A stretch of DNA of 59,290 nucleotides, the filler included, from Sphacelaria rigidula (lineage: Eukaryota), in the NCBI GenBank assembly GCA_964200075.2. It is 5 parts of 5 records of this genome, joined end to end, with 100 filler letters (N's around TTAATTAATTAA, not from the genome) between each part and the next. Parts side by side here need not be neighbours in the genome. Positions count along the whole stretch, not along the records: positions 35,636 to 47,413 come from CAXNAA020004518.1; positions 47,514 to 59,290 come from CAXNAA020004519.1; 3 more parts are not named here. One strand, 5' to 3'. The position numbers were made by a program, and so were the translations under genes. This document shows positions 36,660 to 49,330 of the stretch, in pieces. Each line of letters starts with the position of its first letter. The stretch's first letter is position 1. The notes below the pieces were generated by a model. The model was not told the DNA's origin and did not search any database. It saw only the letters and a list, made by a program, of their open reading frames with translations.

Positions 36660-37015
36660 TTTTTGGGTTTAGAATCATTCCTTTGTCACAACTCAAAACG
36701 CCTACTCTACGGCGGAAGGGACCGGGAGTGCACAAGAGGCACATGGTTGTGAGAGTCATAACACAGACGGTGGTGTGGTTGTCGACCATGTGATTGCCGA
36801 GTGTTCGCAGCGTGCGTTTGAGTATCGCACCATGACTACCGCCGCGAACGACCCGTAGAGCAATTGCTCGGCGATGGCGGTTACCTCACCGTAGAAGTAC
36901 TTGTCTACGTCTACGTGCTGCGTAGGATACTCGTGGCCGCCGCTCGCGAGTTGCGCCATGATGTTTTATACCAGATGGAGGTGTGGAGCTAGTAGGACGC
37001 TCATGCAGTACTAAA
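36660..37015 (-). repeat. dispersed repeat homologous to 10725-11180
   Basis: Direct sequence similarity in inverted orientation. Confidence 0.8.
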
Positions 37016-37026
37016 CAGTGTTATAG

Positions 37027-40000
37027 TGTTAAGAAGGATGCACCCTCTGGCGTGCAAGCCGGCCAGGGCATATACTTTCAAGGACAACCCTGCAGTTCAG
37101 TCCTCTCAGGGTTCGGGTTACGGACGTGTGCAAATCAGTTAACACCACAATAGCTTCACGCAGTAAGCTATACCCACTTGATTCAAAAGACTCTTGTTCA
37201 CTCGTATTCGTTATCGCTCCGTTCAATGCTCTCTCAGCTGTTCTCCGGTCATAGCAATTGCTTAGCAGCCAGCTCCACCTTAGCGAGGGGGTGAAGAGAG
37301 CTCCGACCGGTTGGAAAAACCATGTCTGTACCTTTTATCAATCTCACATCCGCCCTAGTCAAGCTTGATCAAACCCGCAACTATGAAGTCGCAGATTTGA
37401 TCATAGACGCCTCCTAGCTTCATGACACTCGCCCATCCAGACGAACCTCTATCACAGTTGCGATGAGAAATCTCGAAAAGCAACGAATATCGAAGTTCTT
37501 CTCTACGCCAAGTCATGAGCGACAAGGAAGGCGAACTCAATGCTATAAAAGCACTCGGCCATGGTGGCTGAAAAAAAGAAGGTACAGCCCAGACGAAGAA
37601 GGCAACATCCACTCCGTTGCCCGATCCTCCCACACCTCAGCAAGGTGAGCGAACTCTGTGACCGAAAAGCGCAAGCGCGCTTGAAGACGCAGGAGCACAC
37701 AATGCTTCTGCGGGCTAGCGAACTTAACAGACGATCATAAAAATGCTTCGACGTGCTAGCCAAAATATAGAGGCAAAAGGGAAATCACACCAGGGGCACA
37801 ACGTCTACGATGGTGGTACCAAAGTCAACCGCCGAAAGGTCAATCACAGAGGCGGCGAGCACATGGCGGCTGAGGAAAGCAAAGGAACCAGCAACTAAAA
37901 GACTGCAAGAAGTCCCGTGCCAGCCATACTAATCAAGAGCGAGAATACAAAAAGCTCCAGTAGCCGAGGATGAAGGTGCCCAGGCAAGGTCCATTCGTGG
38001 TCCGACGTTGTGCGCTGAGGAAGCTCCGGTTGCAGGCTGTTGAAGGAGTTGGTGGACAGCACTGGTGTGTCCTGAGTGGTGGGAGAAGGGAAAAAATATC
38101 ATAAAGACAACGACAGAGAAAGAGAAGAAAAGAAAATGGAAAAAAATGTCGGGGAGGGGAAGCAAGAGGTCTATGTGACTTCAAAGCGGTGCGTTGACAC
38201 CATGGGTGCGATCGATGTTATGTTGAATGCCACGGCGGAGGCCTTTGGACTTGAGTCGCTAGAGACACCAAGACCCTCGTGGTGCGGATGGACTGGTGGT
38301 ATAAACCTCTGGGCGGAGCTTGAGCTGCACGGGCCCGGGGTCATCGATAAAGCGCACGATGTATGTGTTAGGCACGGTGAGGTCTGTGGAGTGGGTCTGG
38401 CCCAGCCACCAGAGATCATCGCTACCATTGTACCAGAGGTAGGCGCTTTTGGGCAGGAGTTCCTGTTTCGCGCTTATCTTTTCTTGCCAATACTTGGTGC
38501 CCCTACCAGTTCATAGCCATCGGCAACAAAGCGCAAACATTTCTCACGATGAAGTTCACGTGCTGCTGCGCCGCGGCGCATGTTGCGATATTTCTTGTTG
38601 TTAGCAAGATGTTGCTGTTGAGGTTGTGTCCAGTACAGGAGAATAGCTCGACGGTGAGCTGAAGGTCGGACTCGCGTTCCCAAGACGCTCTCCGAAGACC
38701 TTGCCAGTGAGTTTTGTACATGACAGCAATCTTACTGCCTCGACCGCGGGTGATCTGGTCACCAGAGATGTGGGACACGGCGATACGAAGGGGCTGTTCC
38801 GTCACATCGTCGGCAGTAACGTGATAAGGCGGTGATTTGGTCGAATAGCTGTCAAGTACGTACTGCGTAAGACCGGTAGGCAGATATTTGGGCATGTCTC
38901 TAGTGTTATGCGGATTGATGCAAGGTTTACAACGGTGCACAGAGACGCGAGATTTGGCGTCATGTCCCTGAAGATCGCGAGGGAGATCGAGATAAAGAAG
39001 TTTGTCACCAACAGGTTTGCCATCAGGTGACGATGGCGAGAGCCCTACGGTCAGAATCTTGAATGGTCCTGTCCAGTTAAGGGATAGCTTAGTCTTTAAG
39101 ATTGTTTCGTTGGCGGCTCTGTCGGCGCCTTGACGGATGGTTGACAAACTGTTGTAAACCCAGACCCAATCGCCAACCTTCCAAGTAGGTCGTTTGTGCA
39201 TCAGATGGTAGAGAGCATTATTAGATCTCTCAAGGCGCGAGGCGTTGATAGCGTGTTGTTAACGTACAAGAGTGAAAGAATTGCACTGGCGTGTCGCGCC
39301 AGGTCATGGTAGGATATCTGATCCTGATCCAAGTCTTGGTGGCCATCAAAGGTGTGCCTCTCAAACACGGTGATGGGCAGGCGGGGGTAACGACCGAGAT
39401 GTAACTCGTTCGAAGAAAGGCCGGTAGCAGCGTTGACCATGCTGTTATAAGACAGCATGGCGTGTGAGACATGTAGACCCCAATCATTTTGTCGATCGTT
39501 GACTACCATAGACAGCATCCGGGCCATGGTGTGGTTAACTCTTTCAGTAATGCCGTTACCATTAGAGTGGTAACCGCTGGTGGCTATCTTGCAAATGGCC
39601 AGGAGGGTATACAGTTCGTCCGAGAGATCGGAGCAAAATTGCTGACCATTTTCGGAGAGAAGCCGTTTCGGGCAACCATGGTGCTCGATATAGTCATCAA
39701 CTAAGATATTAGCTGTGCCTGCCGCTGTGAAGTCTCCAGCGGTGACTGTGTACATGGCTGCGTGGCGGCTGAAACGGTCGGTAAAGAGTACGATGTAGGT
39801 ATTGCCACGGTCAGTGGGCGGTAACGGACCGAAATAGTCGAAAGACACGAGGTGACCAGGAGCGTTGGGAAGTACCATCGAAATGACTGACCGACGTATT
39901 GTCTGTCGTGAGGTTTTGCGGGCTTGACACTCGAAGCACCGCCGAATCCAGAAGCGGGTGGGCACTTCCATACCGATCCATCAGTAGAAACGTTCGAGTA

Positions 40001-42130
40001 ACGCTAATGTGCGCGTGACACCAAGGTAGCAAGACATGTCAGTGTGGCAGTGTGGCAGCCTTTCATTACCCACGGACGCATAAAAAATGGGACATATATC
40101 CGAGTGGGTTCATCGTCGAGTAGGCGTGCATGACGTTCAGTGGGCGCGGGTGAAGTTACACCCCGCTGGGGTGTAGGGCGGCGAACAAGCAGTTCAATTC
40201 TGTCATCAGTTGTGAAGATAGTACCTTCATGTGCGAGTTCGTACACTTCAGCAGTGTCCGGTGGTGGCAGTGTGCCAACCGGGGCCAATACATTGGCCGG
40301 GATAGGGGTACGGCAGCCAGCACGGAGGTACCGCATGGTTGGCGGCATAATGGTTCTACTTATTGTTCACGAGCCCAATCACGATGGGAGTAACTGGCGA
40401 GAAATTCGCGCAGTTGGCCTTCCGCCGGAGAGCCGACCAGACATGGTGGCTCCGGAAGCGGTGGAACAGGCGACGGGGGGGAGGTGCCAACGTCGATGTG
40501 TACATCGGGAGCATCAGAAGGGGCTTGGCGGGTGTTGTCAAGGCTCGTGGTGCGGTGTTGCGGGGAGTCGGCGCTACGCTGCTCGCAGGAGCAGTAGGTG
40601 CGTCGGTGACGGCGGGGCGCGGGGAGGGTTAGCGCGGGCGGCAGACCGAGAGCGCGTATTGTCGGAAATGAGATGAACAACTGGAGGTGGCGAAACTGAA
40701 ATATTTGCGCGAGGACCGATAATACGGAAATCGGCGATGTCGGCATCTGTGGGTTTTAGCTCATCCAATACTGCATCATACCGTAGGGGGTGAGGGCCGC
40801 CCATGTGCATACCCATCTCTGGGAAACGAAGGTCAAGGGCGTAAAGGGGCGTGGAGGAACGCCGGATAGGGTACACGCCGGGTTCGTCGGGGTCAGTTAG
40901 TCGGCGAGCGGGGCTGAAATCGACAGCTGTTGGAGGAAGGGGCGAGCGGGAGAGAAGGCCAGCATGCCTGTTGGTTTTGCCAGGGCGGTGTTTGACAGTA
41001 CACTGATAGGCTGTCAGGAACTCCAACCAGCGTTGCACACGCGGGTTATGTTCGCCAACTTTGGCGAGTTGTTCAAGTGCTCCGTGATCCGTGTAGATTT
41101 GGAAAGGCACATGGAACAAATATTGTCGAAGGCGCTTTATGACCCAAGGGATGACTCCGCTTTCCAGCTCCAGTGGATTCCAGTTGGCCTCATTCGGCAG
41201 GGTGGCGCGACTGATATAGAGTATGCTTCGAATAGAGCCATCGAGTTGAGGTTGATTCAGGACCGCGCCGAACCCGTCGGCGCTCGCGTCTGTATGTAGT
41301 TGAAAGAGGCGAGAGTCGTCTTGTACGGCATCCCAGTCCGGGAAACAAAGGACCGTTTTTCGGTGAGCGTTTTCAGAAAGTCGCGCACGATAGCTTCCAT
41401 ATCTTTGGTGAAGACAAACGCGGCGCTTTTTATAAGCAAGTCCGTGATGGGGCGAATCCGTTTGGACACGTTAGTAAACCAATTGCGATAGTAGGACAGT
41501 CTACCAAATAATGAGCGGAGATGAGTAATGTTTGTGGTTATCGGAAATTCAGTCATTGCCCTGACTTTGTTGGTTTCGGAGTGTAGACCCGCCGGTGAAA
41601 TTGAATGTCTCAGAAAATCCAGTTCAGTCGCGCCAAGACGAGCTTTGGATGGAGACAGTTTCAAATAATGTTTCCGCGGTCGAGAAAGAAACTCTCGTAA
41701 GGTGTGCACATGCACAAGAGGTGAGGCATCGAATGCGATAGCGTCGTCCAAGTACATGATGACGTGTTCGAGATCCTCTGTAACGCGTTGCATTAAGCGT
41801 TGGAAACAACCTGGTGCAGTGGCGGCACCTTGTGGCATACGGAGCCATTCGTAGAGCCTAGAAGATGTACAGAACGCTGTCAGTGGGACTGTATCAGGGT
41901 GGATGGTATTCTGGAAAAATCCAGAAGCCAGGTCGAAGGTACTGAATATTTTGCCTTCGCCTAGAGAGTCAAAAACTTCATTATGCGAGGAATGGGAAGT
42001 TTGCTCGCTAAAGTAACGCGATGTAGCTGTTGATAATTCACGGTGATGCGTATGTTTCCATCCTTTTTGGGGACTACCACGAGCGGTGAGGCCCACGGAG
42101 AAGAGGACTGTTGTATTAATCTGGCACCTA
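37027..42130 (-). mobile_element. 5'-truncated Ty3/gypsy element with chromodomain (chromovirus-like)
   Basis: RT (FDLASGFFQ, MPQG, YLDD), RNase H (QTDAS-like, YTDH, RWLEFL), integrase (FDYFGPLP, DRFSRH, NGITERVN, GPF) and chromodomain-like YKTHWQGLRRASWERESDL. Candidate 3' LTR TG..CA at 37027-37348, with an adjacent short purine-rich tract. Confidence 0.9.
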
Positions 42131-42146
42131 CGTACCATCTAAACTA

Positions 42147-43610
42147 CAGGCTGGTTCACGGTGATCACCCAAAATTGTGTCATCAGCAAATGCCTTCCGC
42201 AATACGCACCCAATAGTCGTATATATGGTATCATAATGACCGCAATGAAGAGACGAAGAGGGTGACATAGCCGGCCGTAGCGGTGGCGTGATGGACGAAA
42301 ATGTATATCAGCCAATCAGCGCCCTTCATACCAAGCCCAATTTTCACCCAATCTCTACATGCTTCAAATCGTAGTAACCGTCATTGACACGGGCATCTAA
42401 TGAGAAAATCACATTTTCAAAACGGTTACTACGGGGGTCGAATTATACCCGAAACCGTGATGTTTCGGTGATGATGTCGGGTGTTGGCGTCGTCTAATTT
42501 CCATTAATGATATTCACGAAAGAGCCTCGTGACGGTGTCCCCTACATCTGTTGTAGAAAAGCTCAGATCGCCCTCAAACTCGGCAGTTCCGTAGGTACTG
42601 GTGCTCAAAATGGAAAAATCGCATTCTTGACAGTATATAATGTTTTCTCCGCTCTCTACCGGTTTCCGGGGGTCCCAGCATGAAGACCCCCGGAAGGTGG
42701 TACAGAATGCTCCAATAGAAAAATAATGAAATGATGCGTCCCGGGAGAGTCCAGGGAACATATGTACAACGTTTGGTGGAGAAAATCGAAAATCTTGTAC
42801 AGTTTCTCTTGCCTTGACGTCAACTTCACCCCCAAAGACGTTTCCATCTAAAACCAACAAGTTAGAAATTGCACGCTCTAAGCCCACGTCCTCCACAAAC
42901 GCGCAAACTTTCACGCTGTCATTAGTAGTTAGGTCCTGAACCTTTGCATAAATATGCTAGGTATCATTACGCAACTTTCTACGGACGATGCTCTAGTACT
43001 TCTTGAGTTTTTCACCGTTTTTCGGGGGTCCAGCGAGATCGAAGTCGTTTTACGAAGTAGTCTCCATTCTGGGACTCCAGAAAAATGGCACTACGATTTT
43101 TTTGTCATTTTTTCGCGAACTATTTGCCTCGACATAACCGAAGGATGGGCTCCACAGATTTTCGTCGCAAAACTCGATCAACTGATGCTTGAATTTCCAT
43201 GTTCACGTCAAAGAAGGCCCAAAAACGCCGTTTATGTACTAAAATCAAGTAGTTTGCGGTTTCACCACGGCACGGCAAACTTCATCGCACAGAGGCCAAA
43301 AACTTCACGCCGTTTTAAGGAATTAGACCCTGAAACTTTGCATCATTGTGCTTTGGGACATTACGCAACTTCGCAGGAATGGGTTTTTCGATTTTTTTGT
43401 TACCGTTTTACGGGGGTTCGGTTAAGTCGAGGTTTCCCGAAAAAAACTGGGACCCCCGAAAAACGATGAAAAAAGTTGAAAAAAAAACGTTCCTGCAAAG
43501 TTGCGTAATGACCCATAGGTTATTCGTGCAAAAATGCAGGGCCTCACTCCTTGAAACGGCGTGAAGTTTTGCCGATTAGTGTTTTTTGGTGATATGCGTG
43601 AACCAGCCTG
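42147..43610. mobile_element. non-autonomous DNA transposon with TA TSD (Tc1/mariner-like)
   Basis: TA|CAGGCTGGTTCACG...CGTGAACCAGCCTG|TA. No transposase ORF recognised. Confidence 0.75.
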
Positions 43611-43862
43611 TAGAGTTACAGCTACAGGTTTGGCACTCCTTTCGTGAATCTGACTGGGACCCCCGAAAAACGGTGAAAAAAGTTGAAAAACAAAAAGTTC
43701 CTGCAAAGTTGCGTAATGACCCATAGGTTATTCGTGCAAAATTTTAGGGCCTCACTCCTTGAAACGGCGTGAAGTTTTGCCGATTAGTGTTTTTTTAGTG
43801 GTATGCGTGAACCAGCCTGTAGAGTTACAGCTACAGTTTTGGCGCTCCTCTTGTGAATCTGG
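43446..43862. repeat. ~205-bp tandem duplication of the transposon right end plus flank
   Basis: ACTGGGACCCCCGAAAAACG...GAACCAGCCTGTAGAGTTACAGCTACAG...GTGAATCTG occurs twice in tandem. Confidence 0.85.
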
Positions 43863-45788
43863 AATATTTTCGTTAAATTTTCCTCGGTAAGCATAAATAT
43901 AAACTTTCGTCCTTCCCTTGTCCAAAAAAAAATACCATCTATCCTCAACCATCCAACCATCCATCCTCAAACAATCTTTGATTAATTAATAAATAAATCT
44001 TGCAAGGGAACGGTGCGAAATGCTACTAATCCCGAACTAAAGATAGGGAGGGTATATCGCCTCCCTCTCGAGTAGCGCATTCCTACTTTCTGGTGCCCCT
44101 TGTGCACCGCACGCCCATGAAACATCTGACACTTGTACGCGAATAACTGCAAAACACGCATTCTGCTATCCTCCATGATTACCATGATACTATACTTTCA
44201 AACAAAATTGCCTGCTGCTGCTGCGCTACTTGACGATATTGCTGAATAAATGCCGTACTGCACTGTTGATTTACTACGTACGTCCTCGTGCTCCTGCCTT
44301 TCTTATTCCTTATTCCCCTTCTTATAGGTCTATGGTACCTCTCATTTTCCCGACTGTGCTGAATCTGATTCATGCTTCGCTGTAATCCGGCAGCTTGATC
44401 CGTTGCACTATGTAACGATTCGTACCGATACACAAACCGCAGATCCCGCTACGCTCCGATCCTTCCTTCAATTCAAAAAAAAGTTCCCGAGGAAATTCTC
44501 CACCCTACCAACTGATGAACTAACGTCGGAAGTCAGTATAAAAGTGCCGCTGCAAAATAAAAACGCCGCTGCATTTATCGATGGGGAGGGGGTGGTATCG
44601 CGGCGTACGAAATGCGCGTGCTTTGTTTTGCTCGGTTCCTTTTCCGTTTGTTTCTGTTTCTCAATGACACACGGTCTTCACCTCTCGAACAGGGTCTCAC
44701 TTCGACCGGTCCTGCCAGTGATACTTGAACAACATCCCTCCTCTTCGAAATCGAAGTCAGCCTGAGCAAGTACGGGTGCACGTTTCACCCCTATTGGAAA
44801 TAAAACTCAAGAGCGGGCGGAGTCGATGGGGTTGTCTTTCCGTCTGGTCGGTCAAGCACTTGTGCATTGTTCTGGAGTTGGTACTATGGAGGCGCCGCTA
44901 ACCCTGAAGCTGACATTAAACCTGATCCAAACCAAGACATACCCTCGGAAAGGGGATGCAAAGTGCGCGTTGGGAGACCTCGAATCGGCGCCTGCGGCAT
45001 CGACTTTGGACGATACAACACGTTCTGAACTACTCGTAGCTATTATAGGTGTACTTGGGATTGTCAGCCCCACTAAAGATCTGCATATCCGTGTATCGCC
45101 CGAAATAAATGAAATTAACTACCAACTGTTGTGCATGACCAGTTGGGAAGGTCTGCTAGGTGGTAAATAAAGATCTGGATTTCGGTGTCCAGAAACCTGT
45201 GACCACGGAAGGCGTCCGCATAAGATGCCCAGTACCAATGTACCGCGCAGATATCGGAACGGCTTTTAATATGAAGATAACAACAACAACAAGAAACCTA
45301 GTTGGAAAATCTTAGAGGTACTTTTTAATGAGGTTCCGCAGACTCTGAGATTTTTCTACGGGTCAAAAACGTTGGCAGCTGCGCAGGGGATTGAAATTAG
45401 AATACTGTAGTGTAGCAATAGGTTATGTCGGTGTCACTGTTGGTCTGGGTATTGTGAGTATCTGATCGCAGTATCGGAGACATACGGGATACCACAACCA
45501 AGTGGCCACAACCAACGTACCAAGAGATGAGAAAGTAAAAAGGCTAGAAAATGATGAGACGTGTCGGAAACTCAAAATAAATGAAATGACACACCTATAC
45601 TCTCAATCCTGCTAAGCAATGCTGTACTTGTGAACGCTCGACCTGGTGCGGCAGACGTTGAATAGACTAGACAGCATCGCCCAGGTGGATTGAGTGAACG
45701 CGAGGACGTTTCGGGGTGCGTTGATATATAGGCACACAGGTCACAATTTTCAACGGTAGATTACTTCAAACTATTGCACTGCGCTATT

Positions 45789-46644
45789 ATGACCTCCAAA
45801 CGGCCGTCTGGATCACACCTACTAGCTGTGTTGTGCGCTCTTTCGAGCGTCAAGGTTGAGACAGCAGAAACAGCCGACTTGGCCCCGCTGGGGTTGTTGG
45901 ACGCAGTGCATCTGTCCACAGCCAGGGACGATTTCAATGGAAACAACGCGGCGTTCGATGATGCGATTGCGTGGCACGGAGAACGCCTGTACCAAAGCGG
46001 GAGCTCGGGAGCTCACGTGGCGTGCGCCAAGTACGGCGGGGGGCTTCAGGCGCGCTCCAGTCTCGGGGAATTTCTTTCCCCAGAATGTATGCATCCGGTA
46101 TCGAACCACAAGGTCTACGGTACATGCTTTATTTTGACGGTCTCGCCTACCCAAGCTGCAAAGGTGGCGGAGAGGCCTGCGGCCCATGGACTTTGTGCGT
46201 TTTTCGCACTTCCGTCAGCTGTCAAGCTCGCACCTGGACTCCTGCACCATGGCAGCAGCGATGCCAGAGAATCGGAGCGATTGCAAACAACATACGGAAA
46301 CCGAACAACGATGACCAACAACGTCTACGGGTTAGGTCTGACGCTTTCTCCTGGTGTACTTGCAGCCAATGGTGTGAGCGAGAAGGACTTCATCACTGCA
46401 TTGCAAGAGAGCTTGATGTCGGCAACGGTCGACCTTCATGCTGCTAACTTCTGGTCGGACCCGACGATGCTGAAAGCTCACAACGCTAGGCCAGAGGGAG
46501 CGTTGAGGGCAAGAGAGTGGACTCGCGCAGCAGATGTGGTACACCAGCTCAGCTTCAAGGAGGGACCCACCCCAGGGGAAATCTGCTCCTGGAACGACAT
46601 CTCTATCCTGCGCTATTATCACGGCGATGGCCTTATCGTCACAG
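45789..46644 (+). CDS. first exon of a probably secreted protein (possibly the N-terminal region of a subtilisin-like S8 peptidase)
   Basis: Open frame with a hydrophobic N-terminus (MTSKRPSGSHLLAVLCALSSV) and candidate donor CAG|GTACTC. No catalytic motif is visible, so the family call is recollection only. Confidence 0.45.
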
Positions 46645-47513
46645 GTACTCGTGGAGGGTTGACAGATACATGTTGCAGTAGCGTGAACAGACCAGTAATC
46701 ACATACAAACCTGATCTCTGTACGAGTACTTTTCGGGTGACAGGTGACAGGTGACACACAGCTGAAATTTTGACACTGTCGGTGCTGTCATCGGCATCAT
46801 AGCGTGTCTCGATGGGGGAAAGGTGCGGTGGAATTGTTCGAGCAATATCATTTGTCCTGTGCCAGTTGGGTCCAACGGAATTGGCAAGCTCGCGATCGAC
46901 AAAAGACAGAGTAAACTGTAAAAGCGCCGCTTGTTCGCAGTCTACAGCAGTGTCAGCGTGCTCGCATAGCAGGATGTGAGAAAGAAGCGGGCGACGTGCA
47001 GTGCGGATAGCACAAGACTACTATAAATGCATACCCTCTGGGTACAATGCTACATGAAAACGACATTGAATAACATGCCGTTTTGTACTGCCTGTACTGT
47101 CACTGTACATCAGCGTGTTCGCCAGTCGGTCGCCCACCCTACCATGCCATTCCGTCGCCGATCCCCACCATAAGAGAAGATGCTCGAGTTTTCAATGAAC
47201 ACATCATGCCCAATCCCAACTACTGCAGTGCATCTATCTTTGTGCTCGACTCGTGTTCTATGCTGTGGGGTTGTGGTGGTAGCTGAGGATGGGCTGTGTG
47301 GGTTTATTACAGTTTTGCAAGTGCAGGTCGAGTAGATTATACGAGCTGGGCCAGCCCAGAAACGGATTTAACCTGGCAGAGCAATATCTCATCACCGGAA
47401 ACGAATTGGGCCGNNNNNNNNNNNNNNNNNNNNNNNNNNNNNNNNNNNNNNNNNNNNTTAATTAATTAANNNNNNNNNNNNNNNNNNNNNNNNNNNNNNN
47501 NNNNNNNNNNNNN

Positions 47514-47730
47514 TGTTGTCTTGTTCAGGGGCTTCTAACGGTTCTAGACGCACAAGAATATGGGCCGGGCATCCCCGTTTGCAGATTTATTCGGGATATC
47601 CCCAGCACATTGGAGTAGTAATCCTGGCCTATTCTCGCATATTTTCATAAGTCGTGTTTTGGATTAGATAAAGGGCTCCTAACAGTTCTAAACCTCATAT
47701 TATTTGAGTACCCCTACCGTAGCATCACTC
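47514..47730. mobile_element. partial Sola2-like MITE cut by a gap
   Basis: Ends CCCCTACCGTAGCATCACTC, the reverse complement of the left TIR of 9547-9803. Confidence 0.8.
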
Positions 47731-47734
47731 TACC

Positions 47735-47855
47735 CATGACATGGTCGCTCTCCACTGTTGGGCATGTCGTGAGAAAAAATCCTAGATCGCTCCAGGAATT
47801 GAATCTCACCACTCAACTATCAGAAGGTTTCGAGGTTACCAACTGAGCGACCGGG
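47735..47855 (-). mobile_element. tRNA-derived SINE fragment
   Basis: Minus strand reads GGTCGCTCAGTTGGTAACCTCGAAAC...GATTCAATTCC...CCCAACAGTGGAGAG, homologous to 33910-34035. Confidence 0.65.
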
Positions 47856-48009
47856 GCGACCGGCTTGTGAGACGGAGAATTGCGTGGCAAAGACCCGGCG
47901 GGCCCAGGTCCCTCTGTTTGTAGGCGTTGTGGGGTGTCTTTCACAAGAACAGCTACTCCGAATCCCCGCGAATTTGCGTGAGCCTCTTGCACACGACGAT
48001 GCGCTTCTG

Positions 48010-49330
48010 TGAACCCTTTTGGGACTGGACGCCCAGAAACATGGTGTTCGTACCCAGGGGTCGTGCAGTGGATCGGCGTCATTTTCGCTCGTTTTCAAGT
48101 AAAAATGATGCCGGTTCACAAAAAGACCGCTGCGCGCAAACACCATGTTTCCGGGAGTTCGATCCCCAAAGGGTTAATTCACCCTTTGAGGGTTAGGGTG
48201 GGTGATAATGGGTCTCCCTATTATTTTCCAACAGTTGACCCTTCTGACCCCCGGCGTTGGGCGATTTGGTTACGACATGCATTTTTTAAATGAAATATGA
48301 TACGGATTCAACAGATGACCTACCCTGGCCGTCAAAGGGTTAACGCTCATGGATGGCGAGAGTAGGTCACGTGTTGAATCGGCATGAGTTACACCTGACA
48401 AAAGTATGCATGATCCAGACGGACTACCCGCACGGTCTAGGGTTCAAGCGGATTACCCAACCTCTCGGGCGGTAAAGAAATCAACCCTCTTGATGGCCGG
48501 AATGGACAATCAGGTGAATCGGCATGATTTATGACCCTCACCTGAAGTTATGTACCGAATGCGTATGCAGGACCCGGAAGACCCACCCTGGCGACGAAAT
48601 AACTCGCACACTTACACCCATTCCGTTGTCACTCTTCGGGTGGTGTAATACCGAATCTGCACATGGGCACCCAAAGTCGGTCAAAGAGTACCCGTGCACG
48701 GTTATCCTCTGACCGCGGGGGTGGGTGATCTGGATCTTGCACTTTTTTAACCCCTTGACGGCGAGACGTGGATCATCTGTTGAACCGGCATCAGTTTTAC
48801 TTTAAAAGAGTATGCATGATCCAGATGGACTACCCTCGCGGTCTAAGGGTTGAGTCAAAATTATGTTGATAGAACACATGATCGATCCTGCCGGCCAAAG
48901 GGCTGATCAGTATTCCTATCGCTGTGATGCGGCGTTAAAGTGACGTGCTGAACTAATGCAGGACGGACACGACCGAAACGGTTTTGAACTTGACGAAAAA
49001 AATTCAGCGCAGCTGAAGAGACACAGACTGGGTAAGCAAGTCTTTCAACGGCTGTTGCCGCCGCCTCCTTGTTTCCATTTTTTTTTTCGTTTGTCTTCCC
49101 GATAACGGTCTCATTTTGCATTGCTATTCTCCGTATACCTCCCCCCTTGATACAGTTATTATTCGGCACTGCCACTGTTGGTTATTCCGCATCACCTGCT
49201 CTCTTGACTGAACTTCCCCTGACCGCGAGGGTTGGCGATTTGTTCAGTCGAATAACATTTTGAGGTTATTTTTCAAGTGACGAGAATGATGCCGATTCAA
49301 CAGTCATCAACCGCTGGTGGTCAACGAGTT
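48010..49330. mobile_element. second cluster of piggyBac-like MITEs (diverged copies plus a ~160-bp related family)
   Basis: Multiple CCC...AAGGGTT units with GATTCAACAG and GGACTACCC cores. CCCTTTTGGGAC...CCCAAAGGG|TTAA at about 48014-48173 resembles 50853-51012. Confidence 0.75.

Noticed and set aside
42954..43469. 171-aa ORF inside the TA-flanked transposon as a transposase
   Set aside because: No HTH or DDE motifs recognised. It spans internal repeats.
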